Below are positions 27,381 to 38,445 of a stretch of 64,000 nt of DNA, in pieces; the first letter of the stretch is position 1; every line of letters starts with the position of its first letter. The stretch is taken from positions 60,760,001 through 60,824,000 of the forward strand of contig CM069140.1 in NCBI GenBank assembly GCA_035221665.1, given 5' to 3'. The notes beneath the pieces were generated by a model. The model did no database searches and was not told where the DNA came from. It saw nothing but the letters and a program-made list of their open reading frames with translations. The stretch comes from Okamejei kenojei (taxonomy: Eukaryota). The position numbers and the translations under genes were made by a program.

Positions 27381-27939
27381 ACAGGTATTCCAGGTGATAA
27401 TTAAGCCAAGGGCATTACCACATCAGTGTCCACAAAGTATCGACCAAAAAGCAGCTACTGCTACCTTTCTCCTTGACCGAGGATTCTGTACAATCGATTC
27501 AACAAATGGAGAAACACTCAGGTTGTAATGGCCGGGTCAGGCAAGTCAGGAGTGGGCCGTGTTTCGGTGAAACAAAACTCAGTAGTCTATGATCTCCCTT
27601 TGAAACAGCAGCCATGCTTCAAGCTCTTCAAGCTTGTTCATGAGTGACTGCATGCTAACTACATGTATGCTGGGGACGGGTAGAGGCTCTAGGTACCCAG
27701 TCTTTTTAGCCCCACCTGGAGCCCCACCCCCAGACTGCCTTGTTGTCTGTACATACAGCTAAACTGGTAGCATTGGGTCTGATAAATTCCCAGAGCTCCC
27801 TTGATATAATGATGTTTGATAGACTTTCAGCACTGAAACTAATGACTTTTGCAGCTCTAAAATAAAGAATGAGAATGCTCATAAAAGGCTGTTTTAACTG
27901 TTTTGAGAGAAGGTTCAAGTAAAATATTGTCACTCTATG

Positions 27940-28225
27940 GCATTAGTGCCTAGATAATGGAATTTATGACAGAGATTATAGACAATGAAAATACACACTG
28001 GATTCTTCTGAGGCCAATCTCAATGCCCATAGTGCCTGTCTGACTGCATAGACATTCTCCAGATATTTAGTCCACCTGACTTTGCGTACACAGGAGGCAT
28101 TGCACAAAGCAGAATAGGCCAAGAGCATCAACTGCGCCCAGATAACTGAGACCTCAGCTCGATAGCCTTTGCACAACTTACTGCTACCAAAGATCTCTGA
28201 ATAAATGAGTAAGACATTGCTGCGG
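27940..28225 (-). mobile_element. Possible Tx1/L1-type LINE C-terminal remnant
   Basis: ORF 27976..28233 contains AVRQALWALR, resembling the KxALWxxR motif of Tx1-like ORF2. Confidence 0.3.
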
Positions 28226-28288
28226 GTAGACACAAAATGCTGTGTAACTCAGCAGGACAGGCAGCATCTCTGGAGAGAAGGAATGGGT

Positions 28289-28316
28289 GACGTTTCGGGT
28301 CGAGACCCTTCTTCAG
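28289..28316 (-). ncRNA. Minimal hammerhead-ribozyme-like core in a Penelope terminal module
   Basis: Minus strand CTGAAGA-A-GGGTCTCGACCC-GAAA-CGTC: both conserved core boxes, stem II hairpin and a GUC triplet. Stem I pairing is weak. Confidence 0.6.
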
Positions 28317-28392
28317 ACTGGTGCATGCTGCATGCTTTTTATTAAAGGAAATTGATAAAATCTTAAGAAAGTTTCCAATTGGTCGTGATTAT

Positions 28393-28574
28393 TTTTTTAT
28401 ATTTCAAAATAGACTTTATTCAATAAATAGATATATACAATACATGATCCTTACAAAACTCCATCCGACATTCTCGGAAGCTATACATACAATACAGTTT
28501 CCCCAAATCACAATTTTACCCCACACCCTTGCCACTCATGTGGCCCACTGGCGTGGAATCCCTTCCCTTATTTT
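28393..28574 (-). mobile_element. Short 5'-truncated non-LTR insertion (3' UTR only)
   Basis: 11-bp TSD gtcgtgattat (28382-28392, 28575-28585); minus-strand AATAAA and A-rich tail at the left end. Confidence 0.7.
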
Positions 28575-30834
28575 GTCGTGATTATGAATCATCAACTCTT
28601 GATCCGATATCTGGTGCTTGCTAGGTTGCAGCAGGGTGCATCGCATAGATTCTATAAAACTGAATGTGCCTTTCAGCTCACTTAGGTCAGTTTATTTTCC
28701 TGAATAGCTCTGTTTATGAATTTTTGATGTCTTAGAACAATGAGTAAAATACTGCCATGATCCTCAATATGCTTTTGCTATCACCAAGACAAGAAATGCA
28801 TAAAGCCAAGTATCCTAAATATTTGCATTCAAGTTATTTTCCCATTTTGGAAATCTATAGTTGTAAATTGCATCAATTTCTTGTTCATGTTCAAAATGTG
28901 GGAAAAGATTCCAACATCTTAAGATTTTTGTTAGGAATTTGTGATTCTTTGCACACAATCTGCCTTGTTCAAAAAGCAAACTGAATTCTAAAAAGGTCTT
29001 GAAAAAAACCTGCTTGCTAATGTCATCCACCCTGCATGGTTGATGGACACAAACATAAAAAAGTGGCTGCTTTACAAAGTAATTCGAAGACTTGATCTCA
29101 CCCATTCAGCAGCCAACAGTAGAATTCCTGTGGGGTCTTTTGGAAATGATGGTAAATACATTATCATTGGATGCAACTCTTACATGCTGAGCAACATGAG
29201 CACAGGTATGGATGGATTGTGTTAGTTCCAATTTCTAGTACAAAGCATTATTTTACCCAAGATTGCAAACCACATTTTGGTGCAAGTATTTAATAACCAT
29301 TCTTCAGAATGTCAAACATCAAAAATGTTGAAAACTCTCAGCAGTTCAATCAACTGTTCAGTGCAATATTGTTTATTTTTCTATGTGAAGTAATCGTTCC
29401 AATACTATACAAGACTTCTTCCCTTGCAAGAATGGAGCCTCCGAACACGGCAATTAGTGCAGCTACACACTTAACAATGTGGAAATTGCATGGGTATGTT
29501 TTGCCCACAATGCAGGACAAATCCAATCAAGCTACAAAGGCATTCCTATGAGAATTACTTGCAGTATGGATTTTCATTTACCTTCAAACAACTTGTCAAC
29601 AATATATCACATTATCTATTTGTGCTTGGACATGTAAATCAAAGTCCCTATGTTTGTCACTACTGTCCTGCCCCACCATTCATTGTGTATCCTAGTCTTA
29701 TTTCCTTCTAAAAATGGCATCTTCTACTTCACGGGATTAAATTCCATCTGCCATTGCTCAGCCCATCTTACTAAAACATCAATATCGCCCTTTGCCTTCG
29801 ATTTCAATTACTCTCAATTTACACATAATCTACAACCTTGGTTGTTAATGTTAAAATACAAAAAGGTCCGAGCACCCATTCTTGTTATACATCATTGGTC
29901 ACAGAATTCCACACACAAAAACAATCCTCCATCTGTCTCTGCTGCTTCTATTACAATTTAGTATCCAATTTGACAACTGGATCCCAGGGGCTCTAACCTT
30001 TGGACCAGTCTCCCACGTGGACCTTGTCAAAGACCTTATTGAAGTCCATGTACATCACCTGAACTGCATTGCCAATATTAATACGCCTTGCTAACTTTGA
30101 ACATTTAATCGAATTGACCAGACAGAAAACCCCCCATAACAAGGCCATGCTTCAATTAATCACAGCATTTCCAATAGCTGATTTTTTTTTTGCTTACAAC
30201 TTTCCTATCACTAAAATTAGATATGGTCTGTTATTACATGGCTTATTCCTGCTGCCCTCCGGAATAATACTATTCCACTGTCAACATTGAAACATACCCT
30301 TAGGCTATATACCAACTCATCCTTATCTTGTATGTAAAATTTCAATTTCCTGCATAATTTCAAGCATAGCCTGCATTCTTTTTAACCAATAATGCCATCA
30401 CATTACACATATAAACCACGAGCAGAAATCCATTGGATTCAAAATGACGATGCATAGAAATATCCAATCTGACCCTTGATTTACTTTGTCGTCCCCAAAT
30501 TATTACGAGAATTATTTCTTGAAAGACACATGAATACAGAACCAAGTCATATTCTTATAAATGAGGTATGATCAAACCTGGCACATCTTTTACCAAAACC
30601 TGGCCATGTGTGAATGAAATAGCTTCACGTTAAAATGAGTACACTGGAGATTTTAAGCAAGTGCTACTATTTATGCAAAGTATGGTTACAAATAGATTAA
30701 AATAAAGCAAATAGCAGAGAGGAATGGATGCAAGGCTGACAGGGAAAGTTTATTTTTTAAAAAGGTCATGTCAATTCTTAATTTTTGTCTATTTTGAGGC
30801 ACATAATTTAATATTACAAGCGCTCTGTGATACA

Positions 30835-30845
30835 CACACACACAC

Positions 30846-30914
<69 letters not shown>
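30835..30914. repeat. (CA)n(TA)n microsatellite
   Basis: Directly visible. Confidence 0.98.
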
Positions 30915-30919
<5 letters not shown>

Positions 30920-31608
30920 GATTATTTCTTACGGCCATTTTCCATGCAAACTCTGGCTGCAACCCCAGTAATCTAATCAGTTCACTACCAAATCTAATCA
31001 GTGCACTACCAGTAAGCCAAATTGCCATTGCAATTGAACAGGATGGTGATAATAAAGCAAATAAGAATGGTGCTAGAATCCATATGCTCAGCTCGATTGT
31101 AAAGAATCCAGATACCTTATATAAAAAACAAGGGTTACACGCATGAATTTGGTTTAAGGATATGAAGTGGTGATAATTCGGGAGTACTGTCTAAGTAAGA
31201 ATGATAAGGAAATGCATACTCCAGTTTGTTTGTTGGGTCTTCTGAATGGATAGGAAAAGAAAGAGTGAGGGGAGTAGTAATATGGATAATTCACCAGCAA
31301 CACAGTGAAATCTATATGAGCTTAACCAAAAGGAAGAGTAAGTCATGGAATAAAGACTGGAAATGCTGGAAATAGTTAGCAGACGACACAGCAAATGCTG
31401 CAAATCAAAGGGAGTTAGCTCTTCAGCAAGTCAAGAAATGATGAATTCTCTACAGATCTGATAATAGTGATAGTGTTGGGCTAAGGGCAGGATGTGTTAT
31501 CTCAAACCAGTAGCCTGAATGAAGTAAGTGCAAAGCCATTCATTTTGGATCCAAGAAAACCCAATCAAAATATTTTTGTGACAGTGAAAGCACAGGAAAC
31601 GTAGGAGT

Positions 31609-32962
31609 CAGGCACGTGCCGTCAGGGTAGGCAAGGTAGGCAAGGTAGGCACTGCCTACCCTGACTATAATAGTAATTACTAAATATAAATAATAAAGCA
31701 TGGGAAAATTATGCCTATTGAAAGAGATCGACCTCTTAGGTAGGCATAATTTTCCGTGCCTTTCATCTGCAGCGCTTGTAACACTTGAAGGTCTGTGCAG
31801 CCCACGTGCTGTCAGCGCTGCTTCAAGCGTCAATTTCAAGCTGGGCTGAAGGCAGCAGAAATTCTGACCTTGCAGAACTGCGCATGCGCAGCGCTGGTTT
31901 CTTGGCGGGGTTTTCAAATATGGATTGTCATTATTTTAAGTGTATGTTAGGAAACAAAGAGGGAAGAATTTAGTTTGTGTACCAATAACGTGGTATGTTC
32001 ACTTTGTGTTTATGTTTTTAAATACTGTTTTTCCCGGGGTGTGGGGAGAGCTCCTTTCACAGTGCTTGGGGAGTCTGGCCCAGGGTAAAGTTGTAGGGAG
32101 AGCACGAATGTTGTGAAGGAGGGGTCGGGAGCATGCCACTTGCGACGCTCCCTGCACGAGGCGTGCAATGCCACCGCATTGAGGCCAGGGGTGGGGGGGG
32201 GAGGGGGGAGAAGTAGTTCGGGTGGCTGTGCTGGAGGGCGGAACCAGCCGCCACCTTAGCTCCTTCTGCTGGCCTCCGCTCACCTCTGGCAGTTCTCCAT
32301 CTAAAAACCTCTCCTGCCACTCGCTGGCCTCACTCATGTCAGGTTGTGGTTGAGGTTACTCAGCTGTGGGAATTTAAGGATTTGCAGGAAGCCGCTGACA
32401 TGAGCGAGCGGCAGATGAGAGGTGTTCAATCGGAGAGCACTGCCAGAGCGTGCCGGCAGAACGCGCTGAAGTGGCGGCCAGTTGTGCTGTCGGCTCCCGT
32501 TCGCAGCTCCCCGAGCTGCTTCTGTCCCGATCTACAGTGCGGTGGCGCCCGGAGCGCCGCGGCAGCGGTGAATGAGTAAGTTACTATCCCGGACCCAACA
32601 CTCCTACCCTCCCCGTAATTTTACCCCTGGCACAGACTCTCCACACGCTGTGAAAGGAACTATCCCCCCCCCCCCCCCAATTGGCCCCTTGAACTAGTGT
32701 TGTCATTCAATTAGATGACAACCGGTTCAACCTTTCCCTGTACTCCCGTTTTTCCCACCATCTGGCCACCTGCCATCACCCTTCAACCCCCACCCAATCA
32801 GTAATTCAGAATAAAGGAGACTTGGAAGCCTTGGGCAAATTGAATTGTTACCGTCTCTATTTTTATTTTTACGGAGAGAACAATATGCGCATGCGCGGTT
32901 TAATTATTTTTTTTAAGCTGACTGACTGCCTACCCTGAGTAATTACTCACGGCACGTGTCTG
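31609..32962. mobile_element. Complete non-autonomous hAT element (Tip100-like termini), 1354 bp
   Basis: TIRs CAGGCACGTGCCGT / ACGGCACGTGTCTG; perfect 8-bp TSD GTAGGAGT (31601-31608, 32963-32970); subterminal GTAGGCA / TGCCTACC repeats. Confidence 0.92.
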
Positions 32963-33613
32963 GTAGGAGTTGAATGTGCCAATATAATAGACAGCTAACC
33001 AACTAATTAAAAATAACCAAAACAAGAACTTGGTTACATTAGAAAGGGTGTCTTGTTACAAGTTTTGCATTCATTTGTATGTACCCCATCAGATGCAGTT
33101 TGGGCAAATTCAAGTTACATTGACACAACTTTGACATATTCCCTCGAGTTCAGAAGATGGAATTTTTTCATAACTCTGTTTAAAATGACAAATTATTTAA
33201 TAGATAGGGAAGTAACTATTTCCCCTGCTAGGTAAATTCAGAGCAAGGGAATTCAATATTAAATTATAGCCATACTATTCAGGTGCAGGAGCAAAATAAT
33301 TTTCTAAACAGGCGATAAGTCAAACAGCATTGAAACGGGGCCTTCACCCCCAACTCGTTCTTGCCGATCCAGGTGCCTAGCCGAGGCATGGCCCATATAT
33401 CTCTCCAAACATATCATATATATACATCCATCCCAGTGTCTTTAAATGTTGCAACTGTACCCGCCTGTTGAGCTTTCACAGGTGTGGAACTATAAAGAGG
33501 AGGGTTGCAGCAGATTTTAAAAGGAACAGTTAAGACAAGGGCATGTTAGATTTCACAAACATCAGAGGAACAGTAAAGATGAAGAGTGGAGCAGCCTTTT
33601 TATGGCAGACTCA

Positions 33614-34124
33614 AGGGGCTGTCCCACTGCGGCAACCTAATCTGTGAGTTTAGAAGAGTTTGCTCAAACTCGCAGCATGGTCGACACGAGGTCCTAGGAG
33701 ATCCTATGAGGTCACTGGAACTCTCCTTCATGCTCGAGGGAAGTTCCTGAATACTCGTGGCCTCAGCTAGGTCGTGGAAAATGTTTCAGCATGTTGAAAA
33801 ATGTACCGCGAGTAATATTTGTTCGGCATGGTTCTTTTTTACTCGTAGTGCACTCGAGTGGCGTCGTTATGTAGTTACAGGCAGTCGAGGGCAGCCGTAG
33901 GCAATCTCCTTCGCTGACTGGGCATTTTGATTGGCTCATTGGAGTTTTCAGGACCAGGGAAAACCGACCAGCAGGTAAAATGCCCGCTAAACTTTATTAT
34001 ACTTCTTAAAAGTGTCCCTACTCCTTCTCCCCCCCTCCCCCTAAAGGACTTACCGTACACTGTGGCAGCCGTTTACCTTCCTCTTCATCGCAGGTGTGAA
34101 TTTCATACAGCGCTCCTCCACTTT
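33614..34124. mobile_element. PIF/Harbinger-like non-autonomous element, truncated by the assembly gap
   Basis: Terminus AGGGGCTGTCCCACT and shared subterminal gagtttagaaga with the copy at 13370. Confidence 0.6.
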
Positions 34125-34268
34125 NNNNNNNNNNNNNNNNNNNNNNNNNNNNNNNNNNNNNNNNNNNNNNNNNNNNNNNNNNNNNNNNNNNNNNNNNNNN
34201 NNNNNNNNNNNNNNNNNNNNNNNNNNNNNNNNNNNNNNNNNNNNNNNNNNNNNNNNNNNNNNNNNNNN
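34125..34268. other. Assembly gap
   Basis: Run of N. Confidence 1.
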
Positions 34269-34318
34269 GTACATAAAATCATCACGGGCATATGCAAGGT
34301 GAACAGCCATAGTATTTT

Positions 34319-34346
34319 CTGAAGAAGGGTCTCGACCCGAAACGTC
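34319..34346 (+). ncRNA. Minimal hammerhead-ribozyme-like core at the start of an 89-bp solo insertion
   Basis: CTGAAGAAGGGTCTCGACCCGAAACGTC; insert 34321-34409 flanked by 14-bp repeat ccatagtattttct (34307-34320, 34410-34423). Confidence 0.6.
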
Positions 34347-34659
34347 GCCCATCTCCTTCGCTCCTTAGATGCTGCTGCACCCACTGAGTTTCTCCAGCCT
34401 TTTGTGTACCCATAGTATTTTCTCCAGGATAAGGGTGTCAGAAAGAAAGGGCCTAGGTTTAGTTTAGTTTGGAGGTACAGCACGGAAACAGGCTCTTTGG
34501 CCCACTGAGTCCGCACTGACCAGCGATCCTCGCACATTAACACACTGGGGACAATTTACACATACACCAAGCCAATTAGCCTACATAGCTGTGTAAGAAG
34601 GAATAGCGGATGATGGTTTAAACCGAAGATACACAAAAAGCTGGAGTAACTCAGTATGA

Positions 34660-35321
34660 TGAGGAGATCAGTATTTTTACGCGGTGCCATTTTGCTGAAA
34701 AAAAAAGTTTTTTTATGTGGGGTCATACTCATGTAATAGTACAAGAATGCATAACTGCTACCAATTGATATGTCTTCTGACTTATTTGACAGTGCATCAT
34801 TGGCATCTCTTTGTATACTTCTGTTTGAACGGCTGCTTCCTGCTTTTTGCACCAGATGATGATGTAGAAGCCATTTTGGAAGCCTCCCTCTCCCTCCCTC
34901 CCTCTCTCCTTCTCCCTCCCTGAACAGTCTGTGACCTACAGCGCTGTGGCCATGGCGCTATGTGTAAAGGCAGTAGTGCTCCAGATAGTAGCGCTATAAT
35001 TAGAACCCATAGCGCTGTTCGTTTAAATTCCCACGCGTTAAACTGACAGCGCTGTTTAAGCCTGTAGCGGGACAGGCAGATCAAGGCTTACAAAAATAAT
35101 CATCAAGATTTTGAAATTTAAAATACTAATAGATTAAATCTGCTATCACTTTTAGAGTTACAGTATGACTTTTTATATCCTTGCATTTTTTAAGCAGCAA
35201 GATGAAACAGGAAGTCAGGCCGATTTTTTAAAACCTTATTTTATAAAGCAAATCTGTACATCCGTATTCTTATCACATTTCCGTACAAAATACGGAAAAT
35301 CCGTACCACTTGGCAGCTCTG
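34660..35321. mobile_element. hAT-like non-autonomous fragment (one end)
   Basis: Terminus TTGGCAGCTCTG with clustered subterminal CCGTA/TACGG repeats; other end not found. Confidence 0.45.
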
Positions 35322-35931
35322 CTGAAGGCTAACTTTTTCCTCACTCTGGGTGGTGCATACATGAAATGAGTGCCACAGGAAACACTAGAGGCATTATTAC
35401 ATTTAAAAGACATATGGACAGGAACATGAATATGGGCCAAGTGCAGGCAAATGGGACTAATTCGGCTAAGCACCTTGATTGGCTTGGACGGGTCAAAGGG
35501 CCTGCTTCAATGTTTTATAGCTCCATGGCTCTATGCTGCTATAAAGAAGGTTTAAGAAGACAGACAATTGGAGACACTCTCGAAAGATTACAACAAAGTC
35601 CTCCATAATTAGCGACTTCAAACAGAACCTGACTGCTTCGAATTACAAGGCAGTGGAGTGCAAATTATACAAGCAAGTTCACTTTCTTGTGACCAGGTAT
35701 GAATGTATAAATAAAATAGAAGAAAGAACTTTAGCTGCAAAAACATTAATTGGTCTTCAAAATATCCCCAACCAATAAAGGCACTTAAATAACTACAATA
35801 AAGGTATTTTTTGAAGTGTGGTGGCCATTACATAAACTAACATGGCAAGTAATATACAACAGTGATGTTTCCCAAAACAAGTTTCTTCATCCATCCGTGT
35901 GCATACAACATAAGCCAATAAGACATATCTA

Positions 35932-36150
35932 CAGGTCCACCGCCAATTTTCCGACAACCCGTGATCCGACACCTCCTTTAATCCGGACAAAATTACGAGC
36001 GAACACTTGGAATCTCCCCTGGAGGTTTCACTGAAAATGAAGCGACTCGGGTGAGGTGGCTGATCTCTACCTCATCGGGACTTCCGCGGCAATCGGTGGA
36101 TCAGCTCTGCAACTCCGGCCGGGCAAGCTTCCATTGACCAAAGAAATTTA
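35932..36150. mobile_element. Tigger/pogo-like MITE fragment
   Basis: TA|CAGG start followed by spaced tccg(a/g) subterminal repeats. Confidence 0.4.
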
Positions 36151-36611
36151 TAATCTGTAACATAAGTGAACGCCTGAGGGACCTAATTCACTCTCTTGTA
36201 CAAAGTATAGAAAATGCCCCCTTCAAGCAATATTGTTTACCAATATATTCAGATCCTTTTGGCCTCCTGGAAGCACCCTTCAATGTCTTTTCCATGAGTG
36301 TTGCATCCATTTATCAAGTCACAACACTAACATATGGCTGGAAGAGTGCTGCTTATATTATATGTCCCTTTAAGAATTGGCCGAAACATCACAGCTGTTA
36401 GGCCAAATGCAAGCAACTGCAAAAAGCTGTTACAATAGATCCGTAGAGTAGCACTGCACTAAAACTGACGGTGCAGGACATTCACGGGATAATGTTGTCT
36501 GCAAAGCTACCAATAGGTCTTGATCTTTATGGGACTTCCATAAACAGCATTTGGGTTGCAACCAAATGCCGATTTCATGCCATAAAGAAGGTAGTGGAAC
36601 AATTAGTGTTA

Positions 36612-37160
36612 AAGAAGGAACTGCAGATGCTGGAGAATCGAGGGTTACACAAAAGGCTGGAGAAACTCAGCGGGTGCAGCAGCATCTAAGGAGCGAAGGA
36701 GATGGGCGACGTTTCGGGTCGAGACCCTTCTTCAGACTGGTCAGGGATCTGGGAAACGAGAGATATAGACGGTGATGTGGAGAGATAAAGAACAATGAAT
36801 GAAAGATATGCAAAAAAGTATCGATGATAAAGGGAACAAGCCATTGTAAGCTGTTTGTGGTGTGAAAATGAGAAGCTAGTGCGACTAGGGTGGGGGAGGG
36901 AGATAGAGATAGAGGGAATGCCAGGGCCCGAGGGCTGAGGGAGAGGTGGGAAGGGGAGGAGGCAGCAAGGGTTAACAGAATTGAGAAAATTCAATGTTCA
37001 AGCCCAAAGGATGCAGACTCCCCAAGCGGAATATGAGGTGCTGTTCCTCCAACTTGCGGTGTTGCTCACTCTGGCCGTGGAGGAGGCCCAGGACCGAGAG
37101 GTCGGATACGGAATGGGAGGGGGAGTTGAAGTGCTGAGCCACCGGGAGGCCGGGTTGGTT
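36612..37160 (-). mobile_element. Penelope-like 3' end with intact hammerhead-like core (36708-36735)
   Basis: Minus strand VAQHFNSPSHS..KLEEQHLIFRLGSLHP, then 3' UTR and CTGAAGAAGGGTCTCGACCCGAAACGTC. Confidence 0.92.
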
Positions 37161-37519
37161 TATTACTTAGTTTTTGTTTACTTAGGTGTGTGCTGTCTGA
37201 ACAAAGAACTATTAGCCCGAATGTTACAGACTGCATCAAATTGCATGTCTAATGCAGAACGCTGAATGAATAGTGTCTAATTATTCCTCCCACTTCTATA
37301 TTATTCGAGTTTAACTAGACATGAATGTGCATAATATTTCTAACAGATGTAACCAATATCAGAAATTTTCAGTCAAATCTCTATACCATCTCCAACATAA
37401 AAGATATGGACCTTGAAAATGAAACCTCACATCCTTGTACAAATTAACTGAAGCAACTATAACACGTCAATATACAATATATTCACTATGAATGTACCAT
37501 TACATCTTTACTACATGAT

Positions 37520-38445
37520 AAGTGCATCACTTGATTTCTTTATCAACTCTTCAACACATATTGGCATGGAATCAACCAGATTCTGAGTTATCAGGGATTT
37601 TTTTTATCTTGACACTGCAGCTGAATTAGGGCGTTGATGAATTTAAGTCCCGTGGTACAGTCCCTTCCTTTCAGTATCACCTTGAAAATTGACCATAAAT
37701 TCTTAATTGGATTTAGGTCAAGGTGAGTTACCAGGTCACATATCTCTTCTGCTGGAAAATTGGGTCACCACCTTCGATTTGTGGCACAATGCAAGGTCTT
37801 GCTGAAATATCTCAGGAGCATCATCCAAAAACGTTCGCATTTCTCGCACCACGCTTTGCAATGCATCAGTATATCGCAACAATCTCATCCCCCCAACTGG
37901 CTACAGCGGAACAACCCCAGAACTTTGCAGGATGTTTGACGTTGCATTTTCTCCGTGGATCTTCCACTGATCTGCAAACATGTTGGCTACATTTCCACTG
38001 AACCAACAAATGACTTTTGTCACTGAATAACGCCTTTCCCCAGTCCTCACATGTACAAACTTTATATTTTATGGCCCAGTGTTATTGTATTCTCTTCATC
38101 ACAGCAATTAGACGATTTTTTTTAGTCTTCTGGCTATACGACCAACTTCAATGAGGCATTGACGTACGGTGCTTGAGCTTATTGAGACTCCTGCTGCTTC
38201 CAAATCATTCTTCAGGACATCACTTATATTTCTCTTAGTTCCCAAATCAGCAAGGCCTCGTCTCTTGGAGTCATCTTCCTTTTGTAGCCCAACCTGCTGT
38301 CAACTTGGAAAATAGTAATCTAGTTTTGGATCTGTGCTGGACAATCCCAGATACAGAAACTTGGCTGATCCCAACCAAATTTGCGATCTTTCACTTTCAT
38401 CGCCTTCATGTAGTGATATCCTTTTTGTGAATTGGTTAATATCCA
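37520..38445 (-). pseudogene. Decayed Tc1-family (DD34E-type) transposase
   Basis: Minus-strand motifs in the expected order across stops and frameshifts: GYKRKMTPRDEALLI, LKNDLEAAGVSISSSTVRQCL, EDW..LFSDKS, IFQQDLALCH, PGNSP.DLNPIKNLWSI, NLVDSMP. Confidence 0.88.

Noticed and set aside
30970-31011. 21-bp tandem duplication (also 19 bp at 20988-21025)
   Set aside because: Ordinary local slippage duplications with no sign of function.
30724-31146. 140-aa ORF with (IY)n
   Set aside because: Artefact of the (TA)n microsatellite.
33927-34543. ORFs spanning the N run (also 58700-58971)
   Set aside because: Open only because of the assembly gaps.
37520-38445. Domesticated transposase or host exon
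   Set aside because: Multiple stops and frameshifts, and the catalytic-motif E residue is changed to K; a fossil.
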